A DNA stretch of 63,746 nucleotides, the filler included, from Octopus bimaculoides (Eukaryota), in assembly GCF_001194135.2 (NCBI RefSeq). It is 6 parts of 5 records of this genome, joined end to end, with 100 filler letters (N's around TTAATTAATTAA, not from the genome) between each part and the next. Parts side by side here need not be neighbours in the genome. Positions count along the whole stretch, not along the records: positions 1 to 6,895 come from NW_026347087.1; positions 6,996 to 33,410 come from NC_068985.1; 4 more parts are not named here. One strand, given 5' to 3'. The notes below the pieces were generated by a model. The model searched no databases. It saw only the letters and a program-made list of their open reading frames with translations, and had not been told where the DNA came from. This document shows positions 1-11,302 of this stretch, piece after piece; the first letter of the stretch is position 1, and every line of letters begins with the position of its first letter. The position numbers were made by a program, and so were the translations under genes.

Positions 1-122
1 GCAAAAGAAACCAATAGAATAAGTACCAGACTTATAAAAAGCAGTACTAGGATCGATTAATTGAAGGTGGTGCCCCAGCTTGGCCGCAGTCTAATATCTG
101 AAATAAGTAAAAGGCAAAAGAT
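1..122 (+). mobile_element. SINE family A, 3' tail fragment
   Basis: Matches the 3' end of the full copy at 1928-2325 (atagaataagtac...ggtggtgccccagc.tggccgcagtc...aagtaaaag). Confidence 0.8.
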
Positions 123-124
123 AC

Positions 125-129
125 AACGA

Positions 130-167
<38 letters not shown>

Positions 168-231
168 GCAGCCACCACCACGCCATTGCCACCATCACGC
201 CACCGTGGTGGTAGCTGTGGTGTTGGTGTTG

Positions 232-262
<31 letters not shown>

Positions 263-366
263 CGGCAGCGGCGGCGCCACCGGCTACGGCGCCACCACCA
301 CCGCCGCCACCACCACCACCACCACCACAGCTATCGCCGCCACGACCAACACCACCGCTACCACCA
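125..366. repeat. Compound trinucleotide microsatellite (ACT, GTT, GGT, CCA)
   Basis: Directly visible; explains the low-complexity ORFs at 47-408. Confidence 0.95.
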
Positions 367-787
367 CTATGGGGTAAACAGCACTACAATAACAATCAAC
401 GCTGCTAAATGTAACCCACCGATATATATGTCCCCTTGAACCCTATTTACTACAAGAGTAGGGTCGTCTCTCTCTGTCCCCCAAACACGTGATTTAGCAA
501 GGGGCTTCTTCAACGACTGTTGACCTTAATTCTAACGTCGCTCCTATAATACATTTAAGATAGTGGTTGGTTGGCTGGCTGGCTGGCTGGATGGTCGGTG
601 GCGAGGATGCTTAAATGGATAGACACATATTGGTAGGAGGGGTATGATGCATGGCGGGATTGGTGGATGAAAGAAGGGACAAATGGGTGGTTATATTTCG
701 AGATATACATTAATGTACGTGTGTGTTTATGCTTTTGTGTGTGCATTTGTGTGTGCGTATTTGTATGTGTGTGTGTGTGTGTGTATG

Positions 788-820
<33 letters not shown>

Positions 821-837
821 ATTTGTATATACATATA

Positions 838-1500
838 GGCGCAGGAGTGGCTGTGTGGTAAGTAATTTGCTTACCAACCACATGGTTCCGGGTTCAAGTC
901 CCGCCGCGTGGCACCTTGGGCAAGTGTCTTCTACTATAGCTTCGGGCCGACCAAAGCCTTGTGAGTGGATTTGGTAGACGGAAACTGGAAGAAGCGGCGA
1001 GATGGCAGAAACGTTAGCACGCCGGGCGAAATGCTTAGCGGTATTTCGTCTGTCTTTACGTTGTGAGTTCAAATTCCGCCGAGGTCAACTTTGCCTTTCA
1101 TTCTTTCGAGGTCGATTAAATAAATGCCAGTTACGCACTGGGGTCGATATAATCGACTTAATCCGTTTGTCTGTCCTTGTTTGTCCCCTCTGTGTGTAGC
1201 CCCTTGTGGGCAGTAAAGAAATAGGAAACTGGAAGAAGCCCGTCGTATATGTATATATATATATATATACTTGTATGTGTTTGTGTATTTTTGTGTGTCT
1301 GTGTTTGTCCCCCCCCAACATCGCTTGACAACCGATGCTGGTGTGTTTACGTCCCCGTCACTTAGCGGTTCGGCAAAGAGGTACCGATAGAATAAGTAAT
1401 AGGCTTACAAACAATAAGCTCTGAGGTCGATTTGCTCGAGTAAAGGCTGTGCTCTAGCATGGCCGCAGTCAAATGACTAAAACAACTAAGAGAATAAAAG
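838..1500 (+). mobile_element. SINE family A (tRNA-derived head, CORE-like centre, internal TA/TG microsatellite), interrupted by a family B SINE
   Basis: Head ggcgcaggagtggctgtgtggtaag with A-box-like and B-box-like (ggttcaagtcc) motifs, centre gcaccttgggcaagtgtctt, tail gcagtcaaatgactaaaac. Collinear with 1928-2325 apart from the 996-1223 insert. Confidence 0.9.
996..1223 (+). mobile_element. SINE family B nested in SINE A, with 16-bp target-site duplication
   Basis: ggcgagatggcagaaacgttagc...gagttcaaattcc (B box). Flanked by ggaaactggaagaagc at 980-995 and 1224-1239. Confidence 0.9.
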
Positions 1501-1927
1501 ATACATACATACTCACGGTGGTGCACCAGCATGACCGCAGCCACTTGGCTGAAACACATAAATAAATAAATAAATAAATAAATATGTAGTTGAAAAAAGA
1601 TTAGAGATCTATACAAATCGAATTTTCATATATAAAAGATGGAGGCGGAAATAGCAAAGAAGCAAATCTAAGACATTCAATTTAATATTTCAATTTAAGA
1701 AGGAATTTAATAAAATGATTTGAAAATTATATATAAAAAAAAAATTACTGCCGGTTTCGATGATGAATCTCATCTTATCAAATATCAGTAAAAATTTATA
1801 AAAATTTAAAGTAAAACCAGTTTATCTTCTGTCTGGGGTCAAAAAACATGTCTGCAGTTTTGTCGCTGAAGTCTTCTTTAAATATAGTTTGGTAGAGAGA
1901 TCAATGTGTTATGAACATATATATATA

Positions 1928-2325
1928 GGCGCAGGAGTGGTTGTGTGGTAAGTAGCTTGCTTACCAACCACATGGTTCCGGGTTCAGTCCCACTGCGTGG
2001 CACCTTGGACGAGTGTCCCTTACTATAGCTTCGAGCCGACCAAAGCCTTGTGAGTGGATATGGTAGAAGGAAACTGAAAGAAGACCGTCGTATATATGTA
2101 TATATATGTGTTTGTGTTTGTGTGTCTGTGTTTGTCCCCCACCATCGCTTGACAACCGATGCTGGTATGTTTACGTCCCCGTAACTTGGCGGTTCGGCAA
2201 AAAGAGACCGATAGAATAAGTACTAGGCTTACAAAGAATTAGTCCTAGGGTTGATTTGCTCGACTAAAGGCGGTGCTCCAGCATAGCCGCAGTCAAATGA
2301 CTGAAACAAGTAAAAGAGTAAAGAG
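1928..2325 (+). mobile_element. SINE family A, full-length copy
   Basis: Complete head, centre, internal microsatellite and (aaaagagt)-type tail. Used here as the reference for other copies. Confidence 0.92.
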
Positions 2326-2409
2326 TATATATACATATATATATACATTTACACACGTATGTATATAGACACGCATATTGTGAGAGAGAGAGAGTGAGAG
2401 AGAAATAGA

Positions 2410-2445
<36 letters not shown>

Positions 2446-2462
2446 GAGAGAGAGAGAAATAG

Positions 2463-2527
<65 letters not shown>

Positions 2528-2683
2528 NNNNNNNNNNNNNNNNNNNNNNNNNNNNNNNNNNNNNNNNNNNNNNNNNNNNNNNNNNNNNNNNNNNNNNNNN
2601 NNNNNNNNNNNNNNNNNNNNNNNNNNNNNNNNNNNNNNNNNNNNNNNNNNNNNNNNNNNNNNNNNNNNNNNNNNNNNNNNNNN

Positions 2684-2756
<73 letters not shown>

Positions 2757-3519
2757 TAGTTATGAAGGTGAAAGAAAGAGTAATATAATGTTCCTAGAGT
2801 TGATGATGATGATGATGATGACGGAGATGATGATTGCGATGAGGAGTGGGGGAGGAAGAAGAGGGGTGCACCGACGACGTTAGCAAATAGATATAATGGA
2901 TATGTGTGAACTTGTGTGCGTCTGTGAAAAATATGGCGTGTGCGTGTGTGTTTGATATATGTTGATATAGAGATCAATATACGCGTATGCATGTATATAT
3001 GTACGTATGTATGTGTGTCTATATCTGTAAATATATATATATATAGTATGTATATATATATATATATATATTTGCACGTATATATATATATATGTATGTG
3101 TGTATATATATATATANNNNNNNNNNNNNNNNNNNNNNNNNNNNNNNNNNNNNNNNNNNNNNNNNNNNNNNNNNNNNNNNNNNNNNNNNNNNNNNNNNNN
3201 NNNNNNNNNNNNNNNNNNNNNNNNNNNNNNNNNNNNNNNNNNNNNNNNNNNNNNNNNNNNNNNNNNNNNNNNNNNNNNNNNNNNNNNNNNNNNNNNNNNN
3301 NNNNNNNNNNNNNNNNNNNNNNNNNNNNNNNNNNNNNNNNNNNNNNNNNNNNNNNNNNNNNNNNNNNNNNNNNNNNNNNNNNNNNNNNNNNNNNNNNNNN
3401 NNNNNNNNNNNNNNNNNNNNNNNNNNNNNNNNNNNNNNNNNNNNNNNNNNNNNNNNNNNNNNNNNNNNNNNNNNNNNNNNNNNNNNNNNNNNNNNNNNNN
3501 NNNNNNNNNNNNNNTATGA

Positions 3520-3556
<37 letters not shown>

Positions 3557-3764
3557 GGCGAGAATTGCTTGAGCATCTGGAGTGTAAAGATGGCGGACAA
3601 GATAGAATGGTAACTGAAGATAAGTGTGACATTGGTTGACATTGGATGTCGTTGGGTGCCGCCGAGGGGCGCTGCTTTCGGGAAGGAAAATTGAGGTTAC
3701 CGGGTGAGAGCTTGGTTGGCGTTTTATCTTTGGTGATCAATATATAGTGATTAGGAAATGGTGA

Positions 3765-3767
3765 CGG

Positions 3768-3799
<32 letters not shown>

Positions 3800-4051
3800 G
3801 TAGCGGTGATGATGGTGGTGGTAGTGGAGGTGACACTGTCGGTGGTAGTGGTCGTGGTGACACTAATGGCGGTGATGGCAATAATTATGATTATGTTGTT
3901 GTTGTTGTTCATGATGATGATGATGGTAATCATGATCATGATCATCATCATCATCATCATAATCATCAAGTTGATGGTGAAGTTGACCTCTATGATATGA
4001 TGATTTTTATATTGGAAATGGAATAGCTGGGACGATGACGACGACGATGAC

Positions 4052-4083
<32 letters not shown>

Positions 4084-4200
4084 TGATGATGATGATGTTG
4101 ATGATGCTGCAGCTGCTGCTGCTGCTGCTGCTGATGTTGATAGTGGTGTTGATGATGATAGTGATGATTGATAAGGGTGGTGATTATTGCGATGGTGATG

Positions 4201-4240
<40 letters not shown>

Positions 4241-4460
4241 TGATGATGAGGGGGCGAGGAGATGGAGGAGGAGAAGGATGAGGACGCTGATGATAATGAT
4301 AAGGGTGTTGATGGCTGCGGTGATGATGAACAAGATTAGGAATATTCTGCTGCTGATGACGACGACGATGATGATGACGACGACGACAGCGATGACGATG
4401 TTGATGATAAATAATATTATGAACACGACGCCGCCGCTGCTGCTGCTGCTGCTACTGCTG

Positions 4461-4524
<64 letters not shown>

Positions 4525-4777
4525 CTCTGATGAGGATAATGGTGATGACGAAAATATACAAATAAGCGAATACATAAATATATAAATACGTAAACGTATA
4601 AACGAAATAAAGTGATAATTCGAATGCAGCGATGATTGGATATCCGCCATTACGATCAGATAAGAGGCAAATCTAGTTATGATGGTAATGTTGCCGACGA
4701 CAGAGGAGTTTTTGTTTGGGAAATGGTTTTTTCTTTTAGTTTGCTACAGTGTTTGTTGTTGTTGTAATGCTGCTTCT

Positions 4778-4833
<56 letters not shown>

Positions 4834-5140
4834 ATAATAATAATAGTAGTAGTTTTTCATTGTTATTGTAGTAAACATTTATTATTGTTGCCTGTGCATA
4901 ATGTCGATGTAGTAGTAATAGTAGTAGTAGTAGTAGTTGTAGTAGTAGTAGTTGTAGTAGTGGTTATATCTGCTGTTGTATTTACGTTGCTTGTGCATGA
5001 TGTAGAGGTAGTAGTAGTAGTGGTAGCGGCAGCAGCAGAAGTAGTAGTAGTAGCGGTAGTTGTAGAAGTAGCCGTAGTACTAAGATTAGTAACAGCAGCA
5101 GCAGCAGCAGAAGCAGCAGCAGTTGTAGTAGTAGTAGCGT
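3765..5140. repeat. Large compound trinucleotide arrays (GAT, GAC, CTG, CTA, TAG, GCA)
   Basis: Directly visible; source of the homopolymeric ORFs at 3751-5200. Confidence 0.95.
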
Positions 5141-5143
5141 AAA

Positions 5144-5330
5144 AGCGAGTGACTTACCTGTTAGTGCATTCTGCTCACCACCATAATGTAGTAAGTTCAA
5201 TTCTCAGCGGCGTGTTGTGTTCTTGTACTGCTCAAGTCGAGTAAAACATTTTACTTCACGTTGCTCCACTTCACTCAGCTAGTAAAATTGAGTTGAACTT
5301 GTATCTCAAAAGGATCATCAGTCTGTATGG
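5144..5330 (+). mobile_element. Degenerate tRNA-derived SINE, family D
   Basis: A-box-like start, B-box-like aagttcaattctc, then gcgtgttgtgttcttg...cacgttgctccacttcactcagctagtaaaattgagt, a body unlike families A-C. Confidence 0.55.
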
Positions 5331-5554
5331 CGACATCAGTTAATGTTTTACGGAATATTCATGGAACAATATATATATATATATACAAACACATATGTAT
5401 CTGTGTAGGTTGTGCAGCAAAAGGTTTGCGGAACCGTCATCTGACATTTAGTACGGCAGAATATACCTCCCCCACACACACGTGAAAGCTTTCCCGCTTA
5501 ACTGAAACAAACGTTCCCATTTACATTAGGCTTGTACAGAGATGATGGGCAGTC

Positions 5555-6330
5555 TAGTTGCTTTACTCTACAAATAGATTCAGAAATGATTTAATCGATA
5601 CATTTAGAGATTTTAGTCTAAAATGTTCAGTCAACACGAATACTAAAATTGTTTATTCTCAGTATATCATATTAAATCTAAAGATAGGCAATTATCCTGC
5701 ATGCAGAAAACGTATGGAAAAGTTCTTGCATATAAATAAATAAGCTACGTATTATTCTTCTGATAGTCTAAAAATCTAGTCAACGATATTAGCAATCGGA
5801 TTTCTATTATCTCTCTCTGTGATGCGTTGTCAACCACGATTAGTCCCATTATGATAATATTTTAGCAGTTTGAATTGTAATATTTAATGTGCGTTTCACA
5901 TCGATAACATGCTCACAAATGTAAATAATGCACAAATGCTATCTGGTTCCACCCTCTTTCAAATGATATATAACATCTAATGCAGGAAATTTCTTTTCTA
6001 GAACCACTTACCTAGCTAATGCTGATATCATATAATATAAATTACAAGGAGAAACCATAGTCGTTCTAAAATTCTCACTAACTGAATACAGGATATCAAC
6101 AAAAAAGAAAAAAAAACACCATTCATAATCATGGAAAAATTCATACAGATACTAAAAACAAATCTAATCTTCCGCATTAATTGTTGATATAGAAAGAAAC
6201 AATAGAACGATATAGATAGGAACTATATGTCTCTTAGACAATTAGTTTCAAATCGGTCATATGCAATGTAACTCCACACCGTTGTCAAAATATGTCTGGA
6301 GCCTGAAAGATAAAACAATATTAAAATAAG
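5555..6330 (+). mobile_element. Degraded, internally deleted Penelope-like element (RT thumb plus GIY-YIG remnant)
   Basis: Translates to FRNDLIDTFRDFSLKCSVNTNTKIV...LNLKIGNYPACRK...ISNRISIIS (PLE thumb pattern) and later LSKYVWSLKDK, as in the 17.5-21.4 kb element (LSKYIWELKSK). Confidence 0.7.
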
Positions 6331-6939
6331 TTCTTCGGGTAAATGCTATCATGTACACTGGACCAAACCTACGCACTTTTTGTTATATTCTTTTACATAT
6401 AACGTTTATATATACATATGCATGTATATATACATACGTATGTACGTATGTACATATATGTATGTATATATGCATATATTTATATATTTTTTATATTATA
6501 TATATATATATAAATATAAATATCTCGGTGCAATGTGGCACTATAAAGGAATAATTCAAATGTCACTACGTGTGTCTAAGGGTGCCAAACACACCTACAT
6601 TACTAGAAACAAGAGTTAAAATACTCTTAATGCCATAGGAAGAACGCAAATGTATACACACTTGCTGAGAGGTTGTGTTAGCACCCAATGACCGACTTGA
6701 GAATTCCCAGGCCAGACGTCTAGTTTCGCCTGTTCCGTAGGCATCGTCAGAGAGGACTGCTCAAACAGCACATGTTAGGCTAATTCCGTCTGTCAGTATA
6801 TATGTGTATACCATAAAAGTTTATGGAAGATTTAGTGTAATACACACCCGTATACAAAAACATTAATATAAACAGCTACACACAATGTATATATANNNNN
6901 NNNNNNNNNNNNNNNNNNNNNNNNNNNNNNNNNNNNNNN

Positions 6940-6951
6940 TTAATTAATTAA
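6940..6951. other. Assembly spacer TTAATTAATTAA between two 44-N runs (also 33455-33466, 55416-55427, 57800-57811, 60786-60797)
   Basis: The identical 12-mer, which puts a stop codon in all six frames, recurs five times inside N runs (100 bp in total where counted). Artificial. Confidence 0.95.
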
Positions 6952-6995
6952 NNNNNNNNNNNNNNNNNNNNNNNNNNNNNNNNNNNNNNNNNNNN

Positions 6996-7280
6996 ATCGC
7001 CACAGATGGAGGAAGCAGGTTAAGGAAGGGATCGACACTTTTGAGAGAGCACGTATCCAGCATGAAGAACTTAAGCGAGCTGCGCGAAAGCGTACTGCTT
7101 TTATAGTGAATGGGGAAAGCTTGGTCTGCAATGTTTGCAGTCGTGTATGCTTGTCAAGAGCAGGGCTCTTTAGCCACCAACGGAGCCGCAAATGCAAAAT
7201 ATAAGTTAGTCCTAGAGCGCACAATGTTCCTGAAGGTCGGCAATAGTCTTCCTCGGTCACGAGTGGACGGCCATCATCAT
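6996..7280 (+). mobile_element. RTE-clade LINE 3' end
   Basis: Translates to RHRWRKQVKEGIDTFERARIQHEELKRAARKR...LVCNVCSRVCLSRAGL..HQRSRKC* (RTE C-terminal CxxC..H), then a short 3' UTR ending gtggacggccatcatcat. Confidence 0.8.
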
Positions 7281-7428
7281 GTACGTACGTGTGTGCGTGT
7301 GTGTATATGTACGTATACGTGTCTGTATGTATGCATGTATGTATAAACGTATTCTGCATATACATTTCTTTGTGTGTTTTTATTTGTGTGCACGTGTGTG
7401 TGCTTGTTTGTGTATCAACAAGTACCCA

Positions 7429-8247
7429 GACTGTTGCCATAGTAACAAAACTAAAGTACGCAGAGTGAAGCCGCTTGGCACAGATTGAGCTTTACCTCTG
7501 CTGTGCAGGCACACTAAGTTTTAATGTTCTAGCTTACTTTTGCTGTTTACAGCAGTGCTTGGTAGGAAGGTGTGTATTGTGTGATCCTCGCATTGACCAT
7601 GACAGAGAAAATTATCATGACGACACCTGCTCAGAGCCCAACGCAAAGTTTCGGCAAGTGTATTGAGAGGAGTTTATGAGCCGCACACAAGTGTACGAGT
7701 GGTTCAGACGTTTCCAAGATGGCCGAAAAATGTCCATATTGACGAACGTTCTGGGAGACACACAACCAGTAGAAATGAGAAAAACATCGCAGATGTGCGT
7801 GCAGCTGTGAGAAGAAATCACTGAATTACCATCCATGAGTTATCAGATGTGCAGATTAGTTACGATTCAGTTCAGTCCATTATCACTGAGGATTTGAGTA
7901 TGAGACGCGTGTCTGCCAAGTTTGTGCCAAAATTGCTTTCAGCTGACCAAAAAGACACTCGAGTTTCAGTTGCACATGATCTCTTTAATTGTGTCGAGAA
8001 CGATGAAAACTTTTTGAAAACTCTGCGTAGGCCTCTGAGCAGGTATCGCCAAGGTTTTGGCAAAATTTGATCCAGATTATCTGCTTGACTTTCTCTGTCA
8101 TTGTCAATGCGACGATCACATGCTACACACCTTCCTTCCAAGCATTGCTGTAAACAGCAGAAGTGAGTTAGAACGTTCAAACTTAGTGCACATGCACAGC
8201 AGCGGTTTCACTCTCTGTACTTTAGCTTCGTTACTATAGCAACAGTC
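7429..8247 (+). mobile_element. Internally deleted mariner derivative with about 180-bp inverted arms
   Basis: Transposase N-terminus MSRTQVYEWFRRFQDGR...ERSGR and MRRVSAKFVPKLL. 7429-7615 is the reverse complement of about 8070-8247. Confidence 0.85.
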
Positions 8248-8569
8248 AGACTGCGTGTGTGTCTACCTGTCTCCTTGTATGTGTATGTTTGAGTGCCTAT
8301 CCGTATGAAATTGTGTGAGGATGCACGTGTGTCTGTTGTGGATGCATGTGTGTCTATATGTGTCTTTGTATGTATGCGTGTGTGTGGAGTGTATATATAT
8401 ATATATATATATATATATNNNNNNNNNNNNNNNNNNNNNNNNNNNNNNNNNNNNNNNNNNNNNNNNNNNNNNNNNNNNNNNNNNNNNNNNNNNNNNNNNN
8501 NNNNNNTATATATGGTCATATGTTTCTGTCTTTTTCTGTGCGTGTGTGTATGTGAAATACCCCTATGGG

Positions 8570-9240
8570 TTGATTAATGAGGGAATTAAAAAGGCGATGA
8601 AACTGAACATCACCCAACTACGGACACCTAAGGAAAACGTTAATGAAAACACGATTCCGATCGTTAACACACAGTCCTGGAATAACCAACATCTTTCACG
8701 CCATAAAATCGAACTTAACTATATTCCTACAAAGCCCCAAATTGAAAAATCTGATTAGAAAAAAAAACACCAATCAAAAAATCTTAAATACACCTCACAA
8801 GGGCAGAATTCAAATCAGAGAATGAATCAGAATTCTTAGTAAAAGAATGTGGAGATAGATGTGGAACATACAACAATATCAACAACTTCAAATACTTGGA
8901 AAGTGGTTCCCACATAAAATTCAAGAGCGAATCCCTTTTCAACATAAATGCAGATATGAACTGCAAAACGCAGAACCTCATATACTGCATTACCTTCCCA
9001 AACTGCAAAGAAAATAACATTGGTGAAACAAATAATTCCCTCTGCCAACGTGCAAGAATCCACAGGCAACGTATCCGACAAAAGGAATTACACAAGATTC
9101 CATTAAGTAAGCACCTGGATATATGCAGCGACGGAAAATTCAAAAATTTTCCCTTTTAAAAATGTGCACGGGACAATCCGCAATACCGAAAACAATGGAA
9201 CTACAATTCATCAAAAAGTTCTCTCCAAAATTGAATGTTT
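8570..9240 (+). mobile_element. Penelope-like element 3' fragment (linker plus GIY-YIG endonuclease)
   Basis: NCKTQNLIYCITFPNCKENNIGET...RARIHRQRIR...LSKHLDIC (GIY-YIG pattern, ORF 8896-9159); frameshifted upstream. Confidence 0.8.
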
Positions 9241-9329
9241 GAAAGAAAAGCGGAGACAGTACGTTTTATAAGTGTTATACTAATGTTCTCTAATGCAAAA
9301 ACATGAAATGTCCGATAGGGACATTTTTA

Positions 9330-9640
9330 ATAGTGTTGCCCCAGTATACAATAATGCTCTAAAAGATAGTGGATTTAGTGAGGAAATAACTTATACCTAT
9401 TACCAGTCCAATAATAAAGAAAAAGAAATATAGGAATAGGAAAACTATCTGTTTCACATCCCTTACTCCTCCGAAGCGACCTTTAATATAGGTAAATATT
9501 TCTTAGCACTTATAGATAGACATTTTCCAATCAATCATAAGTTACAGAAAGCTCTTCAATAGACATAATTTTAAAATCAGTTTTAGCTCAACTACTAATT
9601 TAAAAAATATAATCGCACACAACACACAAAAACAAAAAAA
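9330..9640 (+). mobile_element. Penelope-like element internal fragment (thumb/linker)
   Basis: YNNALKDSGFSEEITY...PYS...NIGKYFLALIDRHFPINHKLQKLFNRHNFKISFSSTTNLKNII, a typical PLE post-RT segment. Confidence 0.7.
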
Positions 9641-9744
9641 ATGAAACCAGCTGTTCATGCAAGGATAAAAATGATAATAATGATTCTGCAAAGAAAGCGG
9701 CTTGGAGATGCCATTATGAAAGACTGCTGAATGTGGAGAATGAA

Positions 9745-9848
9745 TGGGAGGTTCCGGGCACCTTTGGCAAGTGTCTTCTACTATAGCCTCGGGCCGACCA
9801 AAGCCTCGTGAGTAGATTTGGTAGATGGAAACTGAAAGAAACTCATCG

Positions 9849-9919
<71 letters not shown>

Positions 9920-10215
9920 NNNNNNNNNNNNNNNNNNNNNNNNNNNNNNNNNNNNNNNNNNNNNNNNNNNNNNNNNNNNNNNNNNNNNNNNNNNNNNNNN
10001 NNNNNNNNNNTGTGTGTGTGTGTGTGTTTGTCCCCCCAACATCGCTTGACAACCGATGCTAGTGTGTTTACGTCTCCGTAACTTAGCGGTTCGGCTAAAG
10101 TTAACGGTAGAATAAGTACAAGGCTCACAAAGAATAAGTTCTGGGGTCGATTTGCTCGACTAAAGGCGGTGCTCCAGCATGGCCACAGTCAAATGACTGA
10201 AACAAGTAAAAGAGT
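9745..10215 (+). mobile_element. SINE family A, 5'-truncated, gap in the internal (TG)n
   Basis: Collinear with 1928-2325 from gcacctttggcaagtgtctt to gactgaaacaagtaaaagag. Confidence 0.88.
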
Positions 10216-11039
10216 AAATGAGTAAGAGTATACACGTACATGCACATATATACTAAATACATACTCATACTTAGATATGTGTGTGTGATTCTATTTTGAT
10301 GTTTAAATTCCAAGTGAAAACCTTATTGAGGACAAAATCATATGCTGCTTTATTAAACATCATTAAAAATATAAACAGAAGCGCATAGATGTGGAGAGCA
10401 AGTTTCCTGGTCAGAAACTACGAAAGTGAAGAATGAATATAACTGTAACGGTTAAGAGTACCTTCAACAGAATATTAGATTAACTTTGAGAAGACATTAA
10501 GCCTTGATACATATAGACATAAATGCATACAAACATACCCCCACCCACACTCTTAAAAATCATACGGATTATTTTTCGTAATCACGTTATGTCTACAAAA
10601 TTTATCATTTAAAATACTAGGTCGACAGAAAAACGTTTTATAATGATGGGAGCTTAATGACAATTTGCATGATTAACCGCTAATTATTCGGACAATTAAG
10701 TTAATCTTATTTTATCTGTTGCAGTTTCAGATGCCAACACATGGGCTTATTTATGGCAATGAATTTAACTGAAAACACAGACTCAATGTGAATTATATTT
10801 AAATCAAATTAATCATTTATTGATGAGCAATGTCACTGACTGAAACAGTCATTCACGAAATACGAATATTTTAGGATTGACTATTGCACGCACTATTGTT
10901 TACCATAGCAATTTATTGTTATTAATCAGAATCAACCAGAATCATTTCAATAATAAATTTCCGGGCTGTTGATTGATTTCTTTGTCTCACTTGTTATTGT
11001 AACTGTATAGTGACTTTATTCAGTTCTATATATTCTTAT

Positions 11040-11272
11040 ATAATGTACATAATTCCTCATCTCTTGATGAGGAATTATGTACATTATTTACATTTGACGT
11101 TCCAGCCTTCATCAGGTGTCTAAAGTATTTTTCGAGGTCATTATTATTATTTTTCGATGTTATTGTTACTATTATCATTATTATTATTATTATTATTCAG
11201 GTCACTGCCTAAAATTGAGCTCGGAATCTTGTGGTTAGTAGCCTGCGCTCTTAACCACTACGCCATACGCCC
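11040..11272 (-). mobile_element. tRNA-like cassette + (AAT)n + partial hammerhead at the 3' end of the adjacent PLE
   Basis: Minus strand: GGGCGTATGGCGTAGTGGTTAAGAGCGC (A box TGGCGTAGTGG)...GAGCTCAATT (decayed B box), then (AAT)n, then GACAC-CTGATGA-AGGCTGGA with the GAAA half deleted. Homologous to 46775-47010. Confidence 0.75.
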
Positions 11273-11302
11273 GTGGGCAACTATGGAGTGAATTTTTATG
11301 GC

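Noticed and set aside
2880-5200. Long ORFs such as 2880-3881, 4035-4565 and 4184-4561
   Set aside because: Made of trinucleotide repeats and N runs; no domain signal, no splice support.
6896-6995. Recurrent TTAATTAATTAA (PacI-like, six-frame stop) motif
   Set aside because: Always embedded in N runs (44+12+44 = 100 bp where counted); an assembly spacer, not biology.
10815-10855. TTGATGA...GAAACAGTC hammerhead-like string
   Set aside because: No helix II; better explained by a simple tgactg/cagtca hairpin in AT-rich DNA.
11200-11272. Functional tRNA gene (apparent ACT anticodon)
   Set aside because: Acceptor and T stems do not pair well and the B box is decayed; it is a repeat-associated tRNA-like head. 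The same applies to the SINE A, B and D heads.
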